Of a stretch of DNA of 64,000 bases, positions 36,270 through 46,481 are shown in pieces. The DNA comes from Flavobacteriales bacterium UBA852 (GTDB lineage: Bacteria > Bacteroidota > Bacteroidia > Flavobacteriales_E > Vicingaceae): the NCBI GenBank assembly GCA_002295925.1, contig DBGO01000010.1, positions 161,706 through 225,705 on the forward strand. Direction: 5' to 3'. The notes under the pieces are model-generated. The model made no database searches and was not told the DNA's origin. It worked only from the letters and a program-made list of their open reading frames with translations. A program made the translations under genes and the position numbers. Positions within the stretch are counted from its first letter, which is position 1. Each line of letters starts with the position of its first letter.

Positions 36270-37439
36270 CCTTTTTCAGTTATTAAGTATTTTTTCCATT
36301 TATCATTTAAATAAGCAAACGATACGGGAACAAAAAATTTAAACACAATACTTGTAGCTATAATCATAGAATACAAATCTTCTTCAATAATATGATTATC
36401 CAACAATATTTTTATCAATACTAAACTCGTACTAAAACGAATAGATAAACCTAATCCCAACAACATAGAATGACGAACTCCTATAATATTTTTAGTGGTA
36501 AAATATGAGGCAATAATTTTAGCCATTAGAGATAAAAGCCAGAAAATAAAAACCAGCCAAAAATGAGAAGAAATATAGTTAAAATCTATTTCCAATCCTA
36601 CCATTAGAAAAAATAGCGGAACAAAAATATCCATACGCTACCGATTTTACTGTTTTTTCTAATGCATCAAAGCGTTCTTTTGGTATAAAATTACTGATAA
36701 CAACACCTCCAAGCAATGCTCCTATGGCTGATGCATCGGCATATTCACCAATCCCCAAGAACAAAAACAAAATAAACAAACACAATAAAAACAGTGTATC
36801 AAGAGGCAGATACATAAATTTCTTAACTGTGTTTTTCACCTTTAAAAGAATAAAAAACAAAACGAACAAACCTATTAACGAAGCAATAATCTCATACGGA
36901 CTTTCTACATTTACATCGGCGCTTTCTACTATAAATGACAAAGCAACCAATGTTGCCACTTCTAAAATATCATCAAGTGTACCAATACCTATAATAAGCT
37001 GACCAAACTTGGTGTTCACCAAATTTAATTCGTCCAAAATGGGTACTAAAATCGCTTCGCCAACCGTGGCAAACGAGGAAGCAACCAATAACGAAACTCC
37101 CCAACCCAAATTGAAGAAATATTGGATAAACACTCCCACTACCAACACCGTTAATATAATAGTGATCAAAGTTGCTTTTACAATAATACCTTTTTGTTTT
37201 CCCACCTCCTTTAAATCCAGTTTTAACCCAATGATAAATAACAGCAAATACATCCCTACATTACTCAAAAACTGTATAGAATCACTAGAAGTTATAGTTG
37301 AAAACGGATTGTAAAACGATAAAAAACCACCTATGATAAGCGAGGCAAATACCCACGGTGTTTTTATTTTCTCCAAAAAATAGCCGATAGCATACGTTAT
37401 GATGAAAAAGAAAGCTAAAAATAGATAGACATTATTCAT
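36266..37439 (-). pseudogene. cation:proton antiporter (Na+/H+ exchanger, CPA family) interrupted by a +1 frameshift near 36629-36631
   Basis: Two ORFs (36579-37478, 36266-36634) together give one antiporter; removing one base in GGATATT restores …VAYGIFVPLFFLMVGLEIDF…; the downstream frame has three stops just before its ATG. Confidence 0.7.
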
Positions 37440-37523
37440 ACTTGTAAAGTTAGAATAATTTATGTAAAACTCTATCAATTCAAAAACAACGTTAAAAATA
37501 GCAAAAGCAACAAGCGAAATGGT

Positions 37524-37531
37524 TATATTTG
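37524..37531 (+). promoter_or_regulatory. candidate -7 box (TAtaTTTG)
   Basis: Exact TAnnTTTG match 31 nt upstream of the dxs ATG. Confidence 0.45.
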
Positions 37532-37562
37532 TAAATTACAACGGAATATTATCGCATACAAC

Positions 37563-39506
37563 ATGACTGAAAACTTCAAACCCGGACAACTACTTGAACA
37601 AATAGAATATCCAAGAGATTTACGTGAGAAATTCTCGATTGACGATTTACCGCAAATTTCCAATGAATTGCGGGAATTTATTATTGATGTCGTTTCGCAA
37701 AAAGGCGGACACTTTGGCGCCAGCTTAGGTGTAGTAGAATTAACTGTAGCTTTGCATTACGCACTCAATACACCCGATGATAAAATTGTTTGGGATGTAG
37801 GACATCAAGCATACGGGCACAAAATACTTACCGGTCGCCGAAAAGTTTTCCATACCAACAGAATTTACAAAGGCATCAGCGGATTTCCAAAACCATCGGA
37901 AAGTGAGTACGACACATTTGCCGTAGGACACTCATCAACCTCTATTAGTGCGGCACTAGGGATGGCTGTTGCCGACAAAATAAAAAATGAACAACGCCAA
38001 CATGTTGCCGTAATCGGCGATGGTTCCATGACAGCCGGCTTGGCTTTTGAAGGGCTCAACAACGCAGGCACATCCAATACCGATTTATTGGTAATATTAA
38101 ACGACAACTGCATGTCGATTGATCCTAATGTTGGTGCTCTAAAAGAATATTTGACCGACATTACCACTTCTCACACTTACAATAAAGTAAAAGACGAAGT
38201 ATGGAATTTATTGGGTAAGATATCCAAATTTGGCCCTAATGCGCAAGCCATTGCCCAAAAAGTTGAAAATGCACTGAAATCGGCAATGCTTAAACAAAGC
38301 AACTTATTCGAATCATTAAATTTTAGATATTTCGGCCCTGTTGACGGGCACGATGTTGTGCATTTGGCAAAAATATTGGAAGACCTGAAAGATATTCCGG
38401 GACCAAAAATATTGCATTGTGTTACAGTAAAAGGAAAAGGATACAAACCTGCAGAAGAAGGTTCGGCAACCAAATGGCACGCTCCGGGAATTTTCAATAA
38501 AGAAACCGGCGAAATAATTAAAATTACACCTAAAAGTCCTACTCCACCCAAATACCAAGATGTGTTTGGTCATACCATTGTAGAGTTGGCCGAAAAAAAC
38601 GAAAAAATTGTCGGAGTAACACCGGCGATGCCTACCGGTTGTTCCTTAAATATTATGATGAACGCCATGCCCGACCGGGCTTTTGATGTTGGGATTGCCG
38701 AACAACATGCCGTAACATTTTCGGCAGGAATGGCGGCGCAAGGATTGATTCCGTTTTGCAATATTTACTCGTCATTTATGCAACGGGCTTACGACCAAGT
38801 AATTCATGATGTTGCCTTACAAAACTTACATGTTGTTTTTTGCCTCGACCGGGGCGGACTTGTAGGCGCCGATGGCCCTACGCATCACGGAGCTTACGAT
38901 TTGGCATATTTCCGATGCATTCCAAATATGGTGGTATCTGCCCCAATGAACGAAGAGGAATTACGAAATTTGATGTACACTGCCCAATTAGAGAAAAATG
39001 CCATTCCATTTTCTATCCGCTATCCGCGCGGAAACGGAGTAATGACCGATTGGAAAAAACCGTTTAAAGAAATAAAAATCGGTACAGGCAGAAGAGTGAA
39101 AAACGGCGATGATATTGCCATTTTAAGCATTGGTCATATCGGAAACTTGGCATTAGAAGCCGCAAACGAATTAGAAGAACAAGGATTGAGTGTTGCACAT
39201 TACGATATGCGTTTTGTTAAACCTTTAGACGAAATTTTATTGCATGAAGTATTCGGTAAATTCGATAAAGTAATTACTGTAGAAAACGGAACTATTGTTG
39301 GCGGATTAGGAAGTGCCGTACTTGAATTTATGGCCGACCATGGCTACAACGCACAAGTAAAACGCTTGGGTATACCGGATAAATTTATAGAGCACGGAAC
39401 ACAACAAGAGTTGTATCACGAATGTGGGTATGACAAAGAAGGTATAAAAAATACCGTTTTGGAAATGCTCAAAGTGAAATTAAAAGAAAATAAAGCATCT
39501 GCTTAA
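37563..39506 (+). CDS. dxs: 1-deoxy-D-xylulose-5-phosphate synthase
   Basis: [24 protein letters not shown] (TPP-binding) and IAEQHAVTF motifs; 647 aa. Confidence 0.95.
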   Translation: MTENFKPGQLLEQIEYPRDLREKFSIDDLPQISNELREFIIDVVSQKGGHFGASLGVVELTVALHYALNTPDDKIVWDVGHQAYGHKILTGRRKVFHTNRIYKGISGFPKPSESEYDTFAVGHSSTSISAALGMAVADKIKNEQRQHVAVIGDGSMTAGLAFEGLNNAGTSNTDLLVILNDNCMSIDPNVGALKEYLTDITTSHTYNKVKDEVWNLLGKISKFGPNAQAIAQKVENALKSAMLKQSNLFESLNFRYFGPVDGHDVVHLAKILEDLKDIPGPKILHCVTVKGKGYKPAEEGSATKWHAPGIFNKETGEIIKITPKSPTPPKYQDVFGHTIVELAEKNEKIVGVTPAMPTGCSLNIMMNAMPDRAFDVGIAEQHAVTFSAGMAAQGLIPFCNIYSSFMQRAYDQVIHDVALQNLHVVFCLDRGGLVGADGPTHHGAYDLAYFRCIPNMVVSAPMNEEELRNLMYTAQLEKNAIPFSIRYPRGNGVMTDWKKPFKEIKIGTGRRVKNGDDIAILSIGHIGNLALEAANELEEQGLSVAHYDMRFVKPLDEILLHEVFGKFDKVITVENGTIVGGLGSAVLEFMADHGYNAQVKRLGIPDKFIEHGTQQELYHECGYDKEGIKNTVLEMLKVKLKENKASA

Positions 39507-39523
39507 GCATAAAAATTACAGAA

Positions 39524-39859
39524 ATGGGAGTATTGCAAGAAAAAATAAGCAAGTTGATACAGCAAGAGTTAAGCATGCTTTTTCAAAAAGATGAACATTA
39601 TTGGTTTGAAGGAACAATGGTTTCTGTTTCGGTAGTGCGAGTAACAGCCGATTTATCCCTTGCAAAAGTGTACATAAGTGCTTTTGGCAAGAAAAAACCG
39701 CAAGAAATTTTAGACATTCTGAATGAACACGTGCACGAAGTTCGTTTTGCCTTGGGGAACCGTATAAAAAATAAAGTACGGAAAATACCCGAATTGCGCT
39801 TTTACATTGACGATTCGTTGGAATATGCTCAAAAAATTGATGAATTACTAAAAAATTAA
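39524..39859 (+). CDS. rbfA: ribosome-binding factor A
   Basis: 111 aa; …VSVVRVTADLSLAKVYIS… and IPELRFYIDDS KH-like RbfA signature. Confidence 0.85.
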   Translation: MGVLQEKISKLIQQELSMLFQKDEHYWFEGTMVSVSVVRVTADLSLAKVYISAFGKKKPQEILDILNEHVHEVRFALGNRIKNKVRKIPELRFYIDDSLEYAQKIDELLKN

Positions 39860-39871
39860 TTCCCTGAACTA

Positions 39872-41080
39872 TTGAACTTCAGATTGTATATTGCCAAGCG
39901 TTACCTTTTTGCCAAAAGGTCGTTTAATATTATCAATCTTATTTCACGCATATCTATTGCCGGTGTTGCCTTTGCTTCGGCAGCGTTAATCATTGTTTTA
40001 TCTGCTTTTAACGGGTTGGAAAACTTGGTAGAAAGCTTGTATGCCAAATTTGACCCTGAGATAAAAATTACCGCCGCAAAAGGAAAAACATTTTCAACAG
40101 ACAGTATTCCTTTGAATCAATTGCAACAAATTGCAGATATTGATATTATTTCGCAAACGCTCGAAGAAGTTGCTCTTTTTAAATACAAGAAAAACCAAAC
40201 CATAGGTGTAATTAAAGGTGTGGATGAAAATTTTGCCCAAATTTCGGAACTTGACAGCGCTATTCTTTCCGGTGATTTTACCTTAACAGAAAATGATTTT
40301 AATTATGCTACCATTGGTTATGGTGTGGCACAAAAGCTGGCAATTAATTTAGGCGATATTGCTACAAATTTATGGGTAATTGTACCCAAAAGGGAAAATA
40401 AAAAATCGATAAATCCATTAAATGATTTTAGGAAAAAATACATTATCCCAACAGCCATATTTGGCATAAATGCCGATTTTGACGATAAATATGTAATTGC
40501 GCCCTTACGATTTGTCCGCTCATTACTCAATAAAAGCAATTCGGAAGTTTCGGCATTGGAAATAAAACTGAAACCGAACGTAACCCCTGAACAAACCAAA
40601 CAAAAAATTCAACAAGTTTTGGGTGAAAATTATATTGTAAAAACCCGCTTTGAGCTAAACGAAATTTTATACAAAACCAACAAAACCGAAAAATGGATAA
40701 CCTTTTTTATTTTATCATTTATTTTGGTAATAGCCACTTTCAACATAATTTCTTCTATGGCAATGCTTATATTGGACAAGAAAAATGATTTTAAGACTTT
40801 TAAAAGTATGGGCGCCACCGATTTCGACATTAAAAGAATATTCTTTTACAATGGAATGTTAATTAATGGAATTGGGGCTATTATCGGCATTGGATTTGGC
40901 ACTGCCTTGTGCCTGTTACAGCAATATGTGGGATTAATTCCTTTACAGGGTGGTATTGTAGAATACTACCCTGTAAAGGTAATGTGGCAAGATTTTATAT
41001 TTATTGTTGCCATTGTAGGGATAATCGGGGCAATTGCCTCTTGGTATCCTGTGCGGTTTTTAAAAACCGTTTCGGATTAA
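39872..41080 (+). CDS. FtsX-like ABC transporter permease (LolC/LolE family)
   Basis: TTG start; …IAKRYLF… N-terminus, large periplasmic loop, C-terminal FtsX TM bundle; placed after rbfA. Confidence 0.8.
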   Translation: MNFRLYIAKRYLFAKRSFNIINLISRISIAGVAFASAALIIVLSAFNGLENLVESLYAKFDPEIKITAAKGKTFSTDSIPLNQLQQIADIDIISQTLEEVALFKYKKNQTIGVIKGVDENFAQISELDSAILSGDFTLTENDFNYATIGYGVAQKLAINLGDIATNLWVIVPKRENKKSINPLNDFRKKYIIPTAIFGINADFDDKYVIAPLRFVRSLLNKSNSEVSALEIKLKPNVTPEQTKQKIQQVLGENYIVKTRFELNEILYKTNKTEKWITFFILSFILVIATFNIISSMAMLILDKKNDFKTFKSMGATDFDIKRIFFYNGMLINGIGAIIGIGFGTALCLLQQYVGLIPLQGGIVEYYPVKVMWQDFIFIVAIVGIIGAIASWYPVRFLKTVSD

Positions 41081-42069
41081 AAAGCCGGCATTTCGGGCTT
41101 ATTACCCAATACTTCTTCAATTTTATTCAAAACCTCATCGGTTATTTTATCTTTATGGTTTAATGCGGCTAAATTTTCTTCCAATTGAGCTACTTTTGAC
41201 GCACCTAAAATTACCGTGCTTACATTCGGATTTTTTAAACACCAAAGCAATGCCATTTGTGCCATTGTAATGCCCAAATCGGCAGCAATTCCGGTTAATT
41301 CTTTTACTTTACGTAAATTTTCTTCGCGCAAAGCGGCATCTTTCAACCATTCCAAACCTTCCATATTTAAGCGAGTATCTTTTGGCATTCCGTTGTTGTA
41401 TTTTCCGGTTAGCACACCCGAAGCCAATGGCGACCAAATTGTTGTCCCCAACCCTACGGTTTTATATATTTGCGAAAATTCAACCTCAACTTTATAGCGG
41501 TGCAACATATTATATTGCGGCTGCTCCATTGTGGGCCCAATCAGATTGTATTGACGGGCAACCATATGCGCTTCCATAATTTCTTGGGCACTCCATTCCG
41601 ATGTTCCCCAATACAAAATTTTTCCTTGTTGAATCAATTGATTCATTGCCCAAACGGTTTCTTCAATAGGTGTATTTTTATCCGGACGATGACAAAAATA
41701 TAAATCGAGATATTCTACTTGTAAGCGCTTTAACGCTTGATGACAAGCTTCAAAAATATGCTTACGGTGCAATCCTTTTTGCGTGGGTTTGGAATCTTTC
41801 AATCCTTTTACACCAAAAAACACTTTGCTGGAAACAATATACGAATCGCGTTCCCATTGCATTTTCTTTAAAATGCTTCCCATCACTTTTTCCGATTCGC
41901 CACGAGCGTAAATTTCGGCATTATCAAAAAAGTTTACTCCGGCATCATAAGCTGTTTTCATTAAATCTTCAGCAGTAGTGTCGCCAATTTGTTTGCCAAA
42001 TGTAAGCCAACTGCCCAATGAAAATTCCGAAATGGGTAATCCTGACTTTCCTAATCTTCTATATTCCAT
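41077..42069 (-). CDS. aldo/keto reductase (Kv-beta-subunit-like)
   Basis: MEYRRLGKSGL…, FFDNAEIYA, GTSEWS and ILGASK motifs. Confidence 0.85.
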   Translation of the reverse strand: MEYRRLGKSGLPISEFSLGSWLTFGKQIGDTTAEDLMKTAYDAGVNFFDNAEIYARGESEKVMGSILKKMQWERDSYIVSSKVFFGVKGLKDSKPTQKGLHRKHIFEACHQALKRLQVEYLDLYFCHRPDKNTPIEETVWAMNQLIQQGKILYWGTSEWSAQEIMEAHMVARQYNLIGPTMEQPQYNMLHRYKVEVEFSQIYKTVGLGTTIWSPLASGVLTGKYNNGMPKDTRLNMEGLEWLKDAALREENLRKVKELTGIAADLGITMAQMALLWCLKNPNVSTVILGASKVAQLEENLAALNHKDKITDEVLNKIEEVLGNKPEMPAF

Positions 42070-42078
42070 AATTCTTAT

Positions 42079-42086
42079 TATTTTTG
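42079..42086 (+). promoter_or_regulatory. candidate -7 box (TAttTTTG)
   Basis: Exact TAnnTTTG match 28 nt upstream of the ATG at 42115. Confidence 0.45.
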
Positions 42087-42114
42087 GTAAAAATACTCAA
42101 AAGAACAATCTAAA

Positions 42115-42549
42115 ATGAAAAACGAAAAAATAGACGCCCAAAATGCACCCAAACCAATGGGATTATATCCACATGCCCGACGAGTGGGTAATTTATTGTT
42201 TTTATCGGGTGTTGGACCGCGAGTTGCCGGTTCGGGCAGCGAAGAAGCCAATATTCCGGGATTAAAATTTGATAAAAACGGAAATTACGAATCGTTTGAT
42301 TTTGAAGCACAATGCCGCTCGGTTTTTGATAATGTACGCCGTATTTTGGAAGAATCGGGCAGTAAATGGGAAAATTTGGTGGATGTTACTACTTTTTTGA
42401 CGGATATGAAACGTGATTTTAAAACCTACAACCGAATTTATGCCGAGTATTTTAAGGATAATCAACCTTGCCGAACAACAGTTGAAGTGAATGCATTACC
42501 CTCGCCCATTGCCATTGAGTTGAAATGCATAGCCACTATTGATGATTGA
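42115..42549 (+). CDS. RidA/YjgF family reactive-intermediate deaminase-like protein
   Basis: 144 aa; …LLFLSGVGP… and PCRTTVEVNALP… C-terminal signature of the YjgF/RidA fold. Confidence 0.8.
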   Translation: MKNEKIDAQNAPKPMGLYPHARRVGNLLFLSGVGPRVAGSGSEEANIPGLKFDKNGNYESFDFEAQCRSVFDNVRRILEESGSKWENLVDVTTFLTDMKRDFKTYNRIYAEYFKDNQPCRTTVEVNALPSPIAIELKCIATIDD

Positions 42550-42560
42550 GAAAAGAGGTG

Positions 42561-43256
42561 TTATTTTACCAAAAACTTAAACCCTACGCCGTGAATATTG
42601 TTTATGGAAATATTGGGGTCTTTTTTTAGATATTTACGCATTTTTGAGATGAACACATCCATACTTCTTCCGGCAAAGTAATCATCGGTTCCCCATATGT
42701 TCAGCAAAAGATTTTCGCGAGGAATGGTAGTATTCCGGTGTTCGGACAAATATTTCAACAAATCGGCTTCACGTTTGGTTAAATGTTGCTCCTCATTCCC
42801 AAATTTTAATAACCGGTTTGAATAATCAAATTCATACAAGCCAATTTTTGCATAATCTGTTATTTGCTGTTCTTTCAGGTTGTTTGAGCGTTTTAAAATA
42901 GCATTGATGCGTGCAATAAGTTCATCAATATCAAAGGGTTTGGTAATATAGTCATCTGCTCCTATGGCAAAGCCGTTGAGTTTATCTTCTTTCATTTCTT
43001 TGGCTGTTAAAAATATAACAGGCATATTGTTATCGGCTGTTTTTATTTTTTTTGCCAAGGTAAATCCATCGAGTTTTGGCATCATTACATCCAACACACA
43101 AATATCAAAACGGGTTTCGGAAAATGTTTCGAGTGCCTGCCGGCCGTTTTCGCACAGCACTACATTAAAGCCATTTTGCAATAAATAGTCTTGAATAACA
43201 AATCCCAAATTTTTATCATCTTCGGCTACCAATATTTTATATTTACTCATAATCAA
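42561..43256 (-). CDS. OmpR-family response regulator
   Basis: Receiver domain (ILVAEDD…DICVLDVMMPKLDG…LTAK) plus winged-helix C-terminus (…LTKREADLLKYL…VHGVGFKF). Confidence 0.9.
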   Translation of the reverse strand: MIMSKYKILVAEDDKNLGFVIQDYLLQNGFNVVLCENGRQALETFSETRFDICVLDVMMPKLDGFTLAKKIKTADNNMPVIFLTAKEMKEDKLNGFAIGADDYITKPFDIDELIARINAILKRSNNLKEQQITDYAKIGLYEFDYSNRLLKFGNEEQHLTKREADLLKYLSEHRNTTIPRENLLLNIWGTDDYFAGRSMDVFISKMRKYLKKDPNISINNIHGVGFKFLVK

Positions 43257-44530
43257 TACGCGTTTTTAAAAGTTATTACAAATGTTGTGCCTTTCCCTTC
43301 TTCAGACTCTACAGATATTTTTCCGCCATAAGCTTCAACAATAGTTTTGACATAATGCAATCCTAATCCGAATCCTTTAACATTATGCACATTTCCGGTC
43401 GATTCTCTGTAAAATTTATCAAAAATATTTTTTAAATTTTCTTTTTTTATACCAATTCCGTTGTCGGAAATTTTTATTTCCAATCCATTGATTTTGTTTG
43501 CGGTAGAAATTTCAATCACCGGATGATCTTGTGAATATTTTATGGCATTATCAATCAGGTTGTAAAAAATGTTTTGTAAATGAATTTTATCGGCTTTCAA
43601 ATGATATTTTTCGGCATTTAGATGCAAATGCACTGTTCCGTTTTTTTCTTTCAGCAATAACTCAAAACTTGAAACTGTTTTTTTCAGTAATTCGTGCACA
43701 TCTACGTCGGTATCTTCAAGTTTCAGTTTGTCTTTTTCGAGTGTAGCCAATTGCAATACTTTATCTACCTGACTTTTTAAGCGTTCGTTTTCTTCTTTAA
43801 TTATTTGAGCATAATGTTTTAGCCGCTCTTTATTGTCGCAAATATTATCTTGCAACAGCATATTTGCCGAAAGTTGAATAGTGGATATGGGTGTTTTAAA
43901 CTCGTGTGTAATATTATTGATAAAATCATTTTTTATTTCGCTCAATCGCTTTTGTTTCAATATCACATTAATTGTATAGGAAAAGAAAATAATGATGATT
44001 AGAATTACAATGGAAGAAAACAACCAAATCTCCATCTGCTGGACAATAAACGTAGTTTTGTTTGGGAAATAAACGCCAAAATAATGGTTGTCAAAATCCG
44101 ATTTAAAATTTTTCGATGTATTTTGAAGTTTGCTTTTTTCTTTGGTTGAAATGTCTATGTAATCGCCAAAAACAATAGAATCGGTAAAACAATCGTAAAT
44201 TACGTATTCAAAATCGGTATTAATATTTCTTTTAACAAAAGCATCGCGCAACAAACGCTCCAACAAATACGGGTGAATGGTATCATTTATGGTAACTATA
44301 AAATAATCGGTACTTACTTGCTTTACCGGATTTCCGGCATATTCAACCGTATCGTGATTGATTTGTTTAATGCTGCGCACAACCGAGTTGAGTGCCAATA
44401 CCACTTTTTCGTTAAACTGTTTTTCTTGTATATTATAAGCTTTTTTCACCCAATACATTTGTGTAACAACAATACCAATCAACGAGATGGTTGCAAAGAA
44501 AATAATTAACCGTATGGTGTTTCTGTTCAT
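43253..44530 (-). CDS. sensor histidine kinase
   Basis: Two TM helices flanking a ~140-aa outer domain; H-box HEFKTPISTI; N, G1 and G2 boxes (DNAIKY, DNGIGI, GFGLGL); 4-nt overlap with the regulator gene. Confidence 0.9.
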   Translation of the reverse strand: MNRNTIRLIIFFATISLIGIVVTQMYWVKKAYNIQEKQFNEKVVLALNSVVRSIKQINHDTVEYAGNPVKQVSTDYFIVTINDTIHPYLLERLLRDAFVKRNINTDFEYVIYDCFTDSIVFGDYIDISTKEKSKLQNTSKNFKSDFDNHYFGVYFPNKTTFIVQQMEIWLFSSIVILIIIIFFSYTINVILKQKRLSEIKNDFINNITHEFKTPISTIQLSANMLLQDNICDNKERLKHYAQIIKEENERLKSQVDKVLQLATLEKDKLKLEDTDVDVHELLKKTVSSFELLLKEKNGTVHLHLNAEKYHLKADKIHLQNIFYNLIDNAIKYSQDHPVIEISTANKINGLEIKISDNGIGIKKENLKNIFDKFYRESTGNVHNVKGFGLGLHYVKTIVEAYGGKISVESEEGKGTTFVITFKNAY

Positions 44531-44574
44531 TATAAATACTTATTTTCGATAAATATAAAAAGAATGTGTGAATA

Positions 44575-44817
44575 ATGACCGATAAAATTCAATTCCCTCA
44601 ATATCGTAAAAATGCACAAGGCACTTCATATTTTAAAATTTTAAGCAAAGATGCTTTTATTGAGATACAAATTATTGGCAATAAACTTTGGGAACATAAA
44701 GTAGAAGCCCGACAATATCCTGAAAAATTGCTCATTCAAGATATGCTTCTATGCAAAGACCATTTGTGGCAAACAATACCTGAATCAGAATTTAATAAAA
44801 TTGCCGAAAACAAATAA
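44575..44817 (+). CDS. hypothetical small protein (80 aa)
   Basis: Clean ORF filling the gap, no family recognised; its 3' end abuts the 3' end of rnpB. Confidence 0.4.
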   Translation: MTDKIQFPQYRKNAQGTSYFKILSKDAFIEIQIIGNKLWEHKVEARQYPEKLLIQDMLLCKDHLWQTIPESEFNKIAENK

Positions 44818-44821
44818 AAAA

Positions 44822-45203
44822 GTGCAAACCTGTAAGCCGGGTTCTGTTTCCTGAAAAGGAATTCTATCATTTATCTGACAACACAACGGTTGTTCAATCG
44901 AGCTACCCTCCAAGTGCCGGCAAGCCGGTAGAGCGAGCAACCCATACCCCAAAAGGGCACCTGGTTTATTTGCTCTTTCAGCGCGCAAGGTTTACCCTCC
45001 CGAAGAGTTACCCCTTCGGGACGTGAGCTCTTACCTCACGTTTTCACCCTTATCCGCCTGAGGCGGACGGTATAGTTTCTGTGGCACTTTCTGTCGCAAC
45101 AGCATTGCTGCTGTTACGCCCTCGTTTTCACGAGGTACGCTGCTCTTTGCTGCCCGGACTTTCCTTTTCCGGTTTTTGCCGGAAACGATAGAACGGTTTG
45201 CAC
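44822..45203 (-). ncRNA. rnpB: RNase P RNA, bacterial type A
   Basis: Reverse strand carries both P4 strands, GGAAAGTCCGGGC and ACAGAACCCGGCTTAC. P1 pairs GTGCAAACC with GGTTTGCAC and P2 pairs TTCTATC with GATAGAA; there is a P3 hairpin CCGG…CCGG and GGTAAGAGC, in a GC-richer non-coding island. Ends are approximate (a few nt). Confidence 0.9.
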
Positions 45204-45223
45204 ATTTTCAAAGTTAAGCTTAT

Positions 45224-45703
45224 TTAATCGAATTGAACAATTCGTAAGTGCGTTCGACCTTTTATTTTATAACTTTTTAACGAAATCCTCATTATTACAT
45301 ATCCCACAGGAATAGCTGCCAATCCAATAATACCGGGTCTTTTCAAGTATGGTTTATCATTATTTATCAAATTGTTCAGAGGGTCAATGATGGTAAGAAA
45401 TATTCCTCCTTTAAACAATAACTCACCAAAAAACAACTGACCGCGCTTGGGGAATGGTGTGTAAATTTTAGCTATATCTTTTAAAAAAAGTGTATCCTGA
45501 TTTATGATAATGGCACTGTCTAATAATTGTGTTATTTCTCCTGAAATTTTTACTCCTTGTTTGGTTTTAAAAACGTATGCTTCTTCTGCCGGCAAAACCG
45601 TTCGACGCATTTTTGCACCTTTGTAAATAACCAATTCTTTTTGCCCGTAAACTAAGAAAACAGGCAATACCAACAGCAACAATATGATGGTTTTCCTAAT
45701 CAT
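45224..45703 (-). CDS. hypothetical secreted/membrane protein
   Basis: Signal peptide, two C-terminal hydrophobic segments; 8-nt overlap with the upstream gene. Confidence 0.5.
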   Translation of the reverse strand: MIRKTIILLLLVLPVFLVYGQKELVIYKGAKMRRTVLPAEEAYVFKTKQGVKISGEITQLLDSAIIINQDTLFLKDIAKIYTPFPKRGQLFFGELLFKGGIFLTIIDPLNNLINNDKPYLKRPGIIGLAAIPVGYVIMRISLKSYKIKGRTHLRIVQFD

Positions 45704-46427
45704 GCAATCCTATTCTTACACCCAAATTATACACAGGCATTTCGGCAAAATTATAAGTAGATTTAAACAAGTTGGTTAATCGGTACCGAAACGTAAAAAC
45801 AATATGACCAAAACCTAACCGTGTAAAAGCTCCATACTGCAAAGGCTCTACAAAATTCAGTTTATTATGTGTTGTTTCTACTTCTTTGGAACCATAACTA
45901 TTTGGCGCAGGCAATTTATCCAATGTTATTATTTTCGAATTGACAACATATCCGCCATACCCTCCAATATCTATAAATTTTCCCATCAACATAGGACTTC
46001 TTTTTAAACGAATGCGCAAAAATACATCGCCGTTCATTTGATTTACAATCAATCGTTCTTTGTTATGCAACATATTATTCGGCAAGGTTTTGCTGCTGTC
46101 TTGTTTGAGATGAAATACCTGATAATTGTAATATAAATCTACACCTATATTAAACCGTTCGGAAATTTTATATTTATACAACCATCCCACATCAAACGAA
46201 TGTGATTTTCCGTAAATAATGTCCGAACCGTCTTTTGTTTGCTCACCAAGAGCAAAACCAACGCCAATAAATAAATGCGAAAAATGTTTACTGTTTGGAT
46301 GCCGGTCGGTGCTTTGTTCAATTACTTCGGTATCATTAAAATCAGTATTTTCATTTTGATGGTTTTGAGCAAACAAGAATTGCATCGAACCGATTAAAAT
46401 TGTAGCAGTAAGCAAGTATCTTAACAT
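45696..46427 (-). CDS. hypothetical outer-membrane beta-barrel (porin-family-like) protein
   Basis: Signal peptide (…LFAQN), alternating-strand pattern, aromatic-rich ends; family not recognised. Confidence 0.5.
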   Translation of the reverse strand: MLRYLLTATILIGSMQFLFAQNHQNENTDFNDTEVIEQSTDRHPNSKHFSHLFIGVGFALGEQTKDGSDIIYGKSHSFDVGWLYKYKISERFNIGVDLYYNYQVFHLKQDSSKTLPNNMLHNKERLIVNQMNGDVFLRIRLKRSPMLMGKFIDIGGYGGYVVNSKIITLDKLPAPNSYGSKEVETTHNKLNFVEPLQYGAFTRLGFGHIVFTFRYRLTNLFKSTYNFAEMPVYNLGVRIGLHD

Positions 46428-46438
46428 AATAATTTGGA

Positions 46439-46446
46439 TATATTTG
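46439..46446 (+). promoter_or_regulatory. candidate -7 box (TAtaTTTG)
   Basis: Exact TAnnTTTG match 35 nt upstream of the ATG at 46482; lies inside the track's TTG-extended ORF. Confidence 0.45.
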
Positions 46447-46481
46447 ATAAATATTTTTTAAAAGTAAAAAAAAATTACAAC

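Noticed and set aside
36579-36634. Programmed +1 ribosomal frameshift joining the two antiporter ORFs
   Set aside because: I saw no slippery or rare-codon/SD-type stimulatory context of the kind known from prfB, and the site is not conserved-looking. A simple mutation or sequencing error is more parsimonious, so it is reported as a pseudogene or error candidate instead.
44785-44988. 67-aa ORF on the minus strand
   Set aside because: It lies entirely inside the RNase P RNA and its Arg/Gly/Cys-rich sequence reflects the GC-rich structured RNA.
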